A DNA stretch of 51,547 nt, taken from IMG/VR virus record IMGVR_UViG_3300044799_000342, positions 1-51,547 of that record; one strand, written 5' to 3'. Both the position numbers and the translations under genes were made by a program. Shown here piece after piece: positions 43,185 through 51,547 of the stretch. Under the pieces are notes generated by a model. It had not been told where the DNA came from. It searched no databases and saw only the letters and a list, made by a program, of their open reading frames with translations. The first letter of the stretch is position 1, and each line of letters opens with the position of its first letter. The DNA is from a virus (taxonomy: Duplodnaviria > Caudoviricetes).

Positions 43185-46100
43185 CTACGTCCTCGGGATC
43201 AGGGCTATGCTCTCCCAATGAGAACTCGGAACGGCAAGGTTCGCCGTAATGTCTTCCCAGGTGACGCCGCCGTTAGTGGCGTCGCGGAGGCGCCAGACGG
43301 CGTGCGTTACCATGAAATACCCATCCTGGGCATAGATCACGTCGTCGATGGGATCATAGACCGCATCCCAGTTGTTGTCGGCGTACCCCGTTGGGTTAGG
43401 CACTGTCCGAACCGTCCACCCATTCCCGCTAGTCATTGATTCCATAACGGCCATGTCGCCGGCTAATCCGTTTTGCGTCGGAACGCGCAGGCCCACGAGG
43501 TGCGCCCCGTTGTTAAGCCATTGGCCCTGGGTAAAGAGAACAATGTCGCCGCCGTTCGGGTCAGTCCAACGTAATTGCCAGCTATCCCCCTTGTCGTCCG
43601 AGGCATGGATTGTGAATTGGTCGGAACTATTCTGCCGATTAGCAATGACGATCCGGCCGTTCGGTAGCATCATAAACCGCGATGCCTGGCCATCGCCCGT
43701 CATGGCGAAATTGTCGCCCGAGGCTACGGTTGGCCCCCGCTCTGTCCAACTAAGGCCCCGATTCTCCGTCATGTAAACGATCACATGACTATCGCCTGGC
43801 GTGTTCGGATAGGGATCGTGGGAAATCAGGGCGATGATGTTCTGATTAGTCGGATGGCAAAGTAGGGCTAGTGGGTAGCGGACGCCGCCAGGGTTGGTTA
43901 GGGTAGCCGCTAGATGCCAGGTAAAGGTCGCTCCCTGGGCGTCGGAATACCATATCTCGACGCGGATAGGGTGCGTAGTATTGGTGCCGCGTTTCCTGGC
44001 GGCCCAAACCCGCCCGCCAGCGTCCATTGCCACACGGGAGAAGTGGTTAGTTTCGTCTCCGGTGCAACCCCTATAGGAATTACACGTCTCGTCGCCTACC
44101 ACCGTCGCCGCCCAGGTAACGCCAGCGTCGGGCGAGCGAGCGAGTTCCCTGTTGCAGCGGTTTCCGAACGAGCAGGCCGTAGGGTCACCGAAGCCGCCAA
44201 CGTCCTCTACAAACCACAGGTCCTTAGTCAGACAGATGGGCCGCGGCCGTTCGTGGGTCGTAGTAGCCGGCAGGGCGACGTTCGTCCATAAACTGAAAGC
44301 GGAGTCGGGGTAAGAGATATCCCACGTGGTGGCACCGCCGGCGTCGTGGACAATCGCAAGGCGTCCGATGGCCGCTTGGCCAGGCGCGCCCAGGGCGATC
44401 ATCTTGGCCCGCGCGCCCGCTGGCGCGGCGGAGTAGCCCGTGGCCGGCAAAACCTTGGCTACCGTGCCGAAGCGATCCCACGTCTTGTAGATCGTGCCGT
44501 CCACCGCGCCGCCTATGTCTTCGGTGGCCACCAGGTAGGATTGGTCGATGTTTTCATACCAGGCCAGGGACAGGGCGTAGTTACCCCTGTCGGTGCCGAA
44601 GGTGGCGGGCGCCGCCGAGATGGTGCCTACGCCTGCCGCCACGTCCATCCGGTAGATTGCCGCGTCGTCGAAGCCCAGAGCGTAGTGGCCCGTGGTCAAA
44701 TCCAACTCAACCCACTTCCCACGCGTCTTGGCGAGGGCGCCTGCGTCGCCCACGGCCCGTTTCCAGTCGGAACCGTCGCCCAAGGCACCGGAGGCGCTGA
44801 AATATATGGCCGGCGTATGGGTGGCGCTGTTCAGGATGATCGCCAGGCCGTCATCGTGGGCTGCCGCGCTAGTGACGTACAGGTCGGTCGGGTAGCCGCT
44901 GGCGGCCAGGTCGGCGGCCAGTTCGCCGCCGATCACCGCGCCCGTCCATGAATGGTTAAGGGCTGCATCCCAACAGATCAACGGGTAGCCGATGCCGGTG
45001 CCGCCGAAAATCCACACGCCGCCAGCGGTGGGCGTTCCGATGCGGGCAAGACGGATACTCACGAGGCCGAACTTTGCCGCCAGGTCGTCGTATACCGCCC
45101 AGGTGGCGCCGTCATCCTGCGACCAGTAGAGCAACCCATTGCGCGTGATGGCCCATACGCGCGTGACGACGTTGATATCCCACCAGATATGTTCTATCGG
45201 ATGCCCGCCTGGCGTCGTCAGCACCAGCGTGGGCGCGGTAGCGCAGAAGTCGGTCGTGCGGTAGACCAGGCCGTCCGCCGACCCGAAGGCGCCGACGCCG
45301 AAGGTAACGCCGTCCGCCGGCTTGGCGCCGGTGCTGATGATGGTCTTACCGGCAATCACCTGATGGTTCCACGTGATCCCGCCGTCCGGCGTGGCACTCG
45401 CGGTCGTGCCGAGGGCAGTGAAGATCGACGGAATCCACACGTCAGCCGCCGTGGCCTCATACGGGATCGTCAGTGTCAGTGTATCGGTGCCGCCGTCGTT
45501 GTCTACCACCGCCAGCGTCACTTCCCACGGTGGCACCACCACCGAGGGATCGATCCGCACGGTGATCGTTTGGCCTGTGCCCGAAACCAACGGAGGCGTT
45601 TGATTGTCGCTCCACGTCCAGCTGACGATCTGGCCGTCGGGGTCGATGCTGGGGCTACCGTCGAAGGTAACGATATCCCAGGGGCGATCCCCCATGATTT
45701 CCTGTTCGACGTTGTACAGGAAGTTGGCAAACGGTGCCACGATGATCTGGCCGCCGGACTGCGGCCCGCCCAACAGCGTCAACTGTGTTTCGAAACGACC
45801 TGCCGCCAGCGTGGTGGCGACGGCCTCCACGAACCAGCGGCCCGTGACCGCCGAATAGGATGGGTCTTCAACCTGCACGGTGACACCGGACTGCACCTGC
45901 GGATCGCCGTCGATCCTGATGTCAACCTGCGTCACCAGGCGGTTTTTCACCATGACGCGCCGGCCCGCTTCCGCGCCGGCCACGGCTATCGTATCGATGA
46001 TTTCGTTGCTGTAGAGTTCGTCGTTGTAGGCTTGACTGCCATCGGGGTTCAGCACCCACGGGCTGGGCGCGTAGGCCCGTTCTTCCAGCGTCACGCTCGA

Positions 46101-46859
46101 CTGGCTTCCGTCGGGGTTGGTCTGCGTCAGCACCGCCCCGCGAACCCACACCTGGTTCTTAACGTCGCGGGCCTTGCGCACCTGGCCGCAGGCGCGGATT
46201 CGTGGCCGGCCGCTTACTACGTCGGCGGGGTAGCCTTCGGTCACGCCCGCCAAAGACATGGAGAAGTAGGTGCGCCAGGCGCCCATGCCTGGGATCGGGT
46301 CTTTGGGGTCAACCTTGATCACGCCGGTCGCCGTCTCGTACCAGCGGCCGCCGTTGACCTCGGCCAGTTTGGTTATCGCTTCGCCGTAGGTCTGGAAGGA
46401 GAGAATCTGGGGAACGACGGCACCGGCCGTCCAGTCCGGCATGTTCACCGCGTAGTGCTGCGCGCCGGACGCGGCCAGCAAATCCTCGATCAACTCCGGC
46501 ACCGTCCGCGAACCATCAACCGTGACAACCACCTTGTGGTAGGTGTTGTCCAACACCGCCGACATGCCCTGGCATTCAATCGTCTTGCCCGTGGCGTCGG
46601 CGTTGTCGGGGTGCAGGACCGTGCCGGTGAACACCCGCTGGCGGGCCGCGCCCACGAAACCCTCGTCGATGGTGACGCGCGCTCCGAATACGACGCTGGG
46701 CGGCACGGCGCCCCTGATGCGAATGCTGGCGGTCGGTACCTTCTGGATCGCGTTGGTGTGGTTGACCGAGACGAATTCGGTTAACTCGCTCCCGCCGATC
46801 ACGATCCGGTAGCTGGCGGGTTTGTAGTCGACGTTCAGGTAGAGGTTGTCTATCGTCAT
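43185..46859 (-). CDS. Tail tip/hub protein with PKD domain and Asp-box propellers
   Basis: FDGSPSIDPDG...W.W...VTL.V.DNDG (PKD); multiple S/TxDxGxTW boxes. Confidence 0.8.
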   Translation of the reverse strand: MTIDNLYLNVDYKPASYRIVIGGSELTEFVSVNHTNAIQKVPTASIRIRGAVPPSVVFGARVTIDEGFVGAARQRVFTGTVLHPDNADATGKTIECQGMSAVLDNTYHKVVVTVDGSRTVPELIEDLLAASGAQHYAVNMPDWTAGAVVPQILSFQTYGEAITKLAEVNGGRWYETATGVIKVDPKDPIPGMGAWRTYFSMSLAGVTEGYPADVVSGRPRIRACGQVRKARDVKNQVWVRGAVLTQTNPDGSQSSVTLEERAYAPSPWVLNPDGSQAYNDELYSNEIIDTIAVAGAEAGRRVMVKNRLVTQVDIRIDGDPQVQSGVTVQVEDPSYSAVTGRWFVEAVATTLAAGRFETQLTLLGGPQSGGQIIVAPFANFLYNVEQEIMGDRPWDIVTFDGSPSIDPDGQIVSWTWSDNQTPPLVSGTGQTITVRIDPSVVVPPWEVTLAVVDNDGGTDTLTLTIPYEATAADVWIPSIFTALGTTASATPDGGITWNHQVIAGKTIISTGAKPADGVTFGVGAFGSADGLVYRTTDFCATAPTLVLTTPGGHPIEHIWWDINVVTRVWAITRNGLLYWSQDDGATWAVYDDLAAKFGLVSIRLARIGTPTAGGVWIFGGTGIGYPLICWDAALNHSWTGAVIGGELAADLAASGYPTDLYVTSAAAHDDGLAIILNSATHTPAIYFSASGALGDGSDWKRAVGDAGALAKTRGKWVELDLTTGHYALGFDDAAIYRMDVAAGVGTISAAPATFGTDRGNYALSLAWYENIDQSYLVATEDIGGAVDGTIYKTWDRFGTVAKVLPATGYSAAPAGARAKMIALGAPGQAAIGRLAIVHDAGGATTWDISYPDSAFSLWTNVALPATTTHERPRPICLTKDLWFVEDVGGFGDPTACSFGNRCNRELARSPDAGVTWAATVVGDETCNSYRGCTGDETNHFSRVAMDAGGRVWAARKRGTNTTHPIRVEIWYSDAQGATFTWHLAATLTNPGGVRYPLALLCHPTNQNIIALISHDPYPNTPGDSHVIVYMTENRGLSWTERGPTVASGDNFAMTGDGQASRFMMLPNGRIVIANRQNSSDQFTIHASDDKGDSWQLRWTDPNGGDIVLFTQGQWLNNGAHLVGLRVPTQNGLAGDMAVMESMTSGNGWTVRTVPNPTGYADNNWDAVYDPIDDVIYAQDGYFMVTHAVWRLRDATNGGVTWEDITANLAVPSSHWESIALIPRT

Positions 46860-47215
46860 CGCGCTATGAAGGACAGGCGCACGCGGCGCGTGGCCGCCGT
46901 GGTGCCGTAGGAACCTGTCACCGCCTCCACGATTTCGCACCCCTCAAGGAAGGCCACCTGTGTAACCGGCACGGCTTCCCAGTCCGTCAGCGTGGCCTGG
47001 GTGTTCACCGTTGCCTCAAGCAAGCCCGCCCGCGCCGGCGTCAGATACATTTCGATCACCCGCCGCCGGCTGCCGATTCCCATGGTGACGATACTCTCGG
47101 CGGCCGCGCCAAGCGGTAGGCTAACGTCCGCCGTTGCCTTGGGCTGGCCCCAACCCGTGTCGGTTACGGGTTCTTCATCGCCGCTGAATGTGACGGCCCC
47201 AAAACTGGCGGTCAT
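46856..47215 (-). CDS. Distal tail protein-like
   Basis: 119 aa between TMP and tail tip. Confidence 0.6.
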   Translation of the reverse strand: MTASFGAVTFSGDEEPVTDTGWGQPKATADVSLPLGAAAESIVTMGIGSRRRVIEMYLTPARAGLLEATVNTQATLTDWEAVPVTQVAFLEGCEIVEAVTGSYGTTAATRRVRLSFIAR

Positions 47216-50200
47216 CTAGCCGATTCCTCCTTTTAGTGCCGCGCCCTGCAAATAGGCCGTCCGTTGAGACTGGCCCATCGCTTCGTCGAGCGCGCGGTCG
47301 GCTTCCGCGTGCATCGCGCGGCGGATCGCATCCCAGTCGTAGCCCGAAAATGCCCAGGCGAAGTTGAACTGCGGTGCCTGCCGCTGGCCGGCGCGCAAGA
47401 TCTCCTCGCCGCCGTGGGCCATGATCGGCACGGGCGCACCAATCGGGCCTGGCACGATCCCGCCGTGTTGGAAGTCAACCAGCGGGATCGGGTTGGGCGG
47501 TATGTCGATGGTCTTGCCGATGAAGTGGCCGGCGATGGTGAAACCGAGCGAGAGTGTGTCGGGGATGAGGGTGTTGATCGCCCGAATGGCGCCGTTGATC
47601 GCTGCTTTGAACACGTCCTTGAGCGCGCTGGTGAGATCACCCAACGCGCCTGGCACGGCCTTCAGGCCGGCGATGATACCCTGGAAGATGGCATCGCCCA
47701 ACCGGCCAGCTGCATTGAAGAACGTACCGGCCAGATCGCCTATGCGGCCAGGAAGGGACGCGATTGCGCCCACCACGCTGGTGACGATGTTCCACACGCC
47801 CGCCACGACGTCATTCAGGGCACCGTCAGTCAACTGGTTGACCATCGCCCAACCCGCCCTGAAGCCCTCCACCACCTGGCCCACAAACCACGATGCCGCC
47901 TGCCCAACCGACGTGGACATGATGGCACCTACGACGTCGCCCAGGGCACCCGTCACGATGCCCACCAGACCGCCCGCGCCGGTTAGGAAGCCGGAGACGA
48001 TGCCAGGGATCGCCCCGAAGGCATCGCCGACCCAGCCAGGAATAGAGGCCAAGATGCCAGGTAGAGATGTGATCGCCTCCGCGATCCAGCCAGGGATAGC
48101 CTTGGCAAAATCCAGGATCGCGGTGCCGGCGGTCGTTAAGAGGCCAGGGATGGCCGTCAGGGCGTCGGCGAACAGGCCAGGGATTGCCTTAACACTGTCT
48201 ACGATCCAGCCAGGGATCGACGTAGCGAACCTCTGGATCGCCGTCCCCACCGGCCCCAGCAACCCAGGGATCGCCTTGAAGGCACCGCTGATCCAGCCAC
48301 CGATCAACCCGCCCAGGCCGGCGAACACGCCGCCGATCTTGTCCCACGGTATGTTCTTGAACATGCCGACGAGGGCATTCACCAGCCACGGCCCCGTCCG
48401 CGTAATCAGCATTGCGGGGATGCCCAAGAGGGCGAACACGAGCGCACCCGCCACGGCACCGGCGACGAAGCCCGCCCAGCCAGGCAAGGACGCCGCGAAC
48501 TGGGGCAGGGCCTCCGTGAACAGGGGCGGTAGGGTTTCGCTAAAGAACGTCGTAAGTGGTTGCCGGAAGGCGATGGCGAGGGCGGCAACGATTGCCGCGA
48601 CCACCAGTACAGCGAGGGCGATCCATCCGGCAACCGGTATGGCCGCTAATACTCCGGCGGCCGCGCCGAATGCTTCCGCCAGTGTTGGCCCTAGTGCAAC
48701 AACTAGGCCTCCGCCGATGGACGCCCCAAGGTAGCTGACGAAGTTGCTGATGCCCTTGATCACTTCCGGCGAGCCGCCCAGGCCGCCCAGGATGTTCCCC
48801 ATCAGGTTCGCAAACCACCCCTGTAAACCGCCGCCCGCTTCCCCCGTCGGCGTTTGCACCTGGACGCTTTGCGTCACAGTGCCCGTGATGGGGTTGAGTT
48901 TGTCGATGATCTTCGTGCCCGTGCGGACGACGTTCTGGTAGACGAAACCAGTGACGTCGGCCAGGCCGGAGATAAGCGCCGCACCTGTCCTCGCCACGAT
49001 TTGTGTGATGGTGACGGCCTTGTTGACCATCTTGGCGGCGGTCGACACGAAATCGGCCACGGTGCCGACGATATCGCCAAGGACGCGTAGCGGGAAGGTG
49101 ATGATGCTCAGCGCCAGACCGGCGATGGCCGACACGAACCCCAGGACAATGTCTACAGAGATTGCTAGAATCAATGCCGCTATCGCCTTTGCCACCACGG
49201 GGACGACGGCGCCCAGGCGGTCGAAGTTGTCGGCCGTGGATTTGCCATCGTTCAGGAAACCGGCGATTTTCTCTCCCCACTGGCGGGCCGCATCGGCGGC
49301 CTTCAGGAGCCATTCGGCGATGGCCTGCAGGTCAACGACGGTATCGCCTAGTAGGAGAAAGAAGGTGGCAAGCGGGGTCTGTGCGCCTTTAAGGTAGGCG
49401 TTGAACGTGTCGCCCGTGGTCAGCGCATATTTTATGTAGAACGCTAGAGCCCCGAAGACGGTAGTGAGCCATTGAATTGACTTCCCGACCTTGTCCCGAA
49501 TGACCGGTTGCCAGGCGATCAATTGGTTGAAGCCCTGGGTCAAAACGGGGATCAGGGCATTTCCGATCATGAGTTTCAGGCCACCCATCGCCGCCGACAA
49601 ATCACGTTGCGCATAGGTGTACTTCATGATTTGGGCAACATTGTCGGCCGAGAGAATCAGCCCCAGTTTTTTCGCTTGCGCCGTCATATCGGCCATACCC
49701 TGCGAACCCAGGTTCAGAAGTGGCAGAAGGGCCGCGCCCGACCGCCCGAAAAGCTGCATTGCAAGGCCGGTCTTGGCGGCGGCATTTTCCGCGTCGTCGG
49801 GAATGGAGTGGAAATAGTCAGAAAGGTCGTTCATCAGGTCGCCCATCGGCCGCATGTTCCCTTCGGAATCGGTCGCCTGGATTCCGATGTCGGCCAACTG
49901 CTGCGCCATGCTCTTGCCGCCCAAGGTGACGCCCGTTTCGACATCCTGAATGCCCTTGAGTTTCTTCTCGAATATGCCGAGGGACGTCGTCACGTCGTCG
50001 ATGCTTAGACCCACATGGTCGGAGGCGAACGCCCACGCTGAGGCCTGTTCGGCGGTGAGGCCCGTCTGGAGGGAGAGTTTGCGGATCGCGTCGGCGTATT
50101 GTGCCGTGTAGCTTATGGCATCAGTGACGGTTCTAACGGAGAAGATAGCTGCCACCGCGCCGCCGGCAATGGCGGCAACCTTGGCAATCGTTCCCATGAC

Positions 50201-50347
50201 GGCCGAGGTGCGGGTGCCGAAGCCCTCGGCCATTTGGGCAGCCTGCCCCGTCGCCTTGTCGACGCCGGAAAGCAGTTGGTTGGCGTCTACGCCAAGTTCA
50301 ACCAGCAGGCGTTCGACAACGTTGCCGCCGCCGAGACCTGAGACCAT
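47216..50347 (-). CDS. Tape measure protein
   Basis: 1043 aa, Ala/Gly-rich; LFGRSG..LLPLL; IPGW periodic repeats; HGG.VPG...AHGGE. Confidence 0.92.
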   Translation of the reverse strand: MVSGLGGGNVVERLLVELGVDANQLLSGVDKATGQAAQMAEGFGTRTSAVMGTIAKVAAIAGGAVAAIFSVRTVTDAISYTAQYADAIRKLSLQTGLTAEQASAWAFASDHVGLSIDDVTTSLGIFEKKLKGIQDVETGVTLGGKSMAQQLADIGIQATDSEGNMRPMGDLMNDLSDYFHSIPDDAENAAAKTGLAMQLFGRSGAALLPLLNLGSQGMADMTAQAKKLGLILSADNVAQIMKYTYAQRDLSAAMGGLKLMIGNALIPVLTQGFNQLIAWQPVIRDKVGKSIQWLTTVFGALAFYIKYALTTGDTFNAYLKGAQTPLATFFLLLGDTVVDLQAIAEWLLKAADAARQWGEKIAGFLNDGKSTADNFDRLGAVVPVVAKAIAALILAISVDIVLGFVSAIAGLALSIITFPLRVLGDIVGTVADFVSTAAKMVNKAVTITQIVARTGAALISGLADVTGFVYQNVVRTGTKIIDKLNPITGTVTQSVQVQTPTGEAGGGLQGWFANLMGNILGGLGGSPEVIKGISNFVSYLGASIGGGLVVALGPTLAEAFGAAAGVLAAIPVAGWIALAVLVVAAIVAALAIAFRQPLTTFFSETLPPLFTEALPQFAASLPGWAGFVAGAVAGALVFALLGIPAMLITRTGPWLVNALVGMFKNIPWDKIGGVFAGLGGLIGGWISGAFKAIPGLLGPVGTAIQRFATSIPGWIVDSVKAIPGLFADALTAIPGLLTTAGTAILDFAKAIPGWIAEAITSLPGILASIPGWVGDAFGAIPGIVSGFLTGAGGLVGIVTGALGDVVGAIMSTSVGQAASWFVGQVVEGFRAGWAMVNQLTDGALNDVVAGVWNIVTSVVGAIASLPGRIGDLAGTFFNAAGRLGDAIFQGIIAGLKAVPGALGDLTSALKDVFKAAINGAIRAINTLIPDTLSLGFTIAGHFIGKTIDIPPNPIPLVDFQHGGIVPGPIGAPVPIMAHGGEEILRAGQRQAPQFNFAWAFSGYDWDAIRRAMHAEADRALDEAMGQSQRTAYLQGAALKGGIG

Positions 50348-50349
50348 TG

Positions 50350-50811
50350 CTACTCCCTGGGCGCCTCAGCCGGCGCGGGGCCGGCGGCCTTGGGCGTTAG
50401 GGCCGTGATCTGCGACATGATTTCCGTTGCGCCGCCCAGGGCGCCACGGAAATCGACGGCGGTGATCGCCGTCACCATGGCGGCGATGGCCTCCGTCAAC
50501 GGCGCCTCGCCCAGCACTTCCTGGTCGATGTCCGTCAGCAGGTGGCCCAGCGTGATCAGGTTGTCGGCCCCGAACAGGGGCAGCAACACCGTGATCACGT
50601 CGAACAGGATCGACACGTTGCGTTGCTGGGCTTCTTGGTTGGCCCCCGAAACGGTGGGCGGGTTCGTAACGATCCCCTCGATGGTGCCGCGCAACTCCAC
50701 CAGGTAGGGCGTGATCATGGCGGCGGCCTCAAGGCCGCGCCGCGCGGACAGGGGCGGGATCGTGTATTCCGTGCCCCCCAATGTGACCGAGACGGTTTCC
50801 GCTGTTGGCAT
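50350..50811 (-). CDS. Tail assembly chaperone (gpG-like)
   Basis: VTLGGTEYTIPPL; directly before TMP. Confidence 0.65.
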   Translation of the reverse strand: MPTAETVSVTLGGTEYTIPPLSARRGLEAAAMITPYLVELRGTIEGIVTNPPTVSGANQEAQQRNVSILFDVITVLLPLFGADNLITLGHLLTDIDQEVLGEAPLTEAIAAMVTAITAVDFRGALGGATEIMSQITALTPKAAGPAPAEAPRE

Positions 50812-50817
50812 GGGCGC

Positions 50818-51477
50818 TTACTCCTTCGCTATGAAATCACTTCCCCGCACGATGATCCCCTGGGGCTGCAAACGCGCCGGCAGGGGCGGCGCCTTCCGGC
50901 GCGGGCCAGGTGGTGGCGCCCAGCGTAGCGGCGGGAACCGTTGCCGCTTGCCCTTGGCGTCGAACACACCACCGGCGATTGACCACTGGAATTCGTCCTC
51001 CTCATGCCGGATCACCACCGCTTCCTGCAGGTAACAGATCGCCTCCTCCGGCCCCAACTCAAGAATATGGTCGACTGGCCAGCCGTAGGCATGGGCCAGA
51101 CGCACGACAATGCTGGAAAGGGCGCGGTTGGGGTAGTCTTCGCCGCTGCGCCGGCCCGCCTGGGCGCCGGTGGCCACGAGGATCGGCAGGGTGCCGTGCA
51201 GGGCGTTCAGGGCCACGAGTACATCGACGGCGGCCAGGGCTTCGGCCAGGGTCGCGCCCAGCGCCTCGGGATCGGCACCGGTGGCCAGTTGCAGGAACGC
51301 CAGGATCGCGTTGGGGGCCTGGCCTTTGGTGGCGATCTCGCCAAGGGCAACCTGCAGCCGATAGTGCAGCCCCAGGCGGGCGCGCCGGACAGACAAAACG
51401 TGGCCGCCAAGCGTGATGCTGGCGGCCACGTCTTTCAGCCGTAGGGCGTCAAGGTAATCGATGGGCGCCAGTTGCAT
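50818..51477 (-). CDS. Tail assembly chaperone (gpGT-like)
   Basis: N-half paralogous to 50350-50811; C-half LAHAYGWPVDHILEL. Confidence 0.6.
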   Translation of the reverse strand: MQLAPIDYLDALRLKDVAASITLGGHVLSVRRARLGLHYRLQVALGEIATKGQAPNAILAFLQLATGADPEALGATLAEALAAVDVLVALNALHGTLPILVATGAQAGRRSGEDYPNRALSSIVVRLAHAYGWPVDHILELGPEEAICYLQEAVVIRHEEDEFQWSIAGGVFDAKGKRQRFPPLRWAPPPGPRRKAPPLPARLQPQGIIVRGSDFIAKE

Positions 51478-51547
51478 ATTCGGTTATGGGCCAGCCCCTA
51501 CTACAAGACCGATGGATCGTAGCGGAGCATCTCGCCGAAGCGGTGGG
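51421..51547. repeat. Terminal direct overlap, copy 2
   Basis: Identical to 1-127. Confidence 0.95.

Overview
This is an apparently complete circular, GC-rich tailed phage genome with siphovirus-like architecture. Bases 1-127 repeat exactly at 51421-51547, giving a unit length of about 51,420 bp. Every credible gene lies on the minus strand. In transcription order the modules are: early/recombination (RecT/Bet-like, SbcD, SbcC, HTH, split HldE-like kinase and nucleotidyltransferase), terminase, portal-MuF, ChaB-protease-scaffold, a Cys-rich major capsid protein, a ~10 kb glycosylation island (GT9, 3x GT4, 2x GT2, 3 SAM methyltransferases), head fibre, neck and tail genes, a FliA/WhiG-like sigma factor, and a lysis cassette containing an AdoMet-decarboxylase-like gene. 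I found no integrase, DNA polymerase, helicase, tRNA, CRISPR array or reverse transcriptase. The best candidate for a new system is phage-encoded nucleotide-heptose synthesis plus glycosyl/methyl-transfer, possibly acting on (I/V)SG repeats of a tail fibre. A two-tier regulatory code is readable from the DNA: sigma70-type promoters carrying a TAACCG-N3-CGGTTA operator, and a GTCGACCAT motif before late operons. Other oddities are duplicated rather than frameshifted tail chaperones, a Cys-rich virion, and a structured plus-strand element at ~6.3 kb. All product calls come from motif recognition by eye; no database searches were run.
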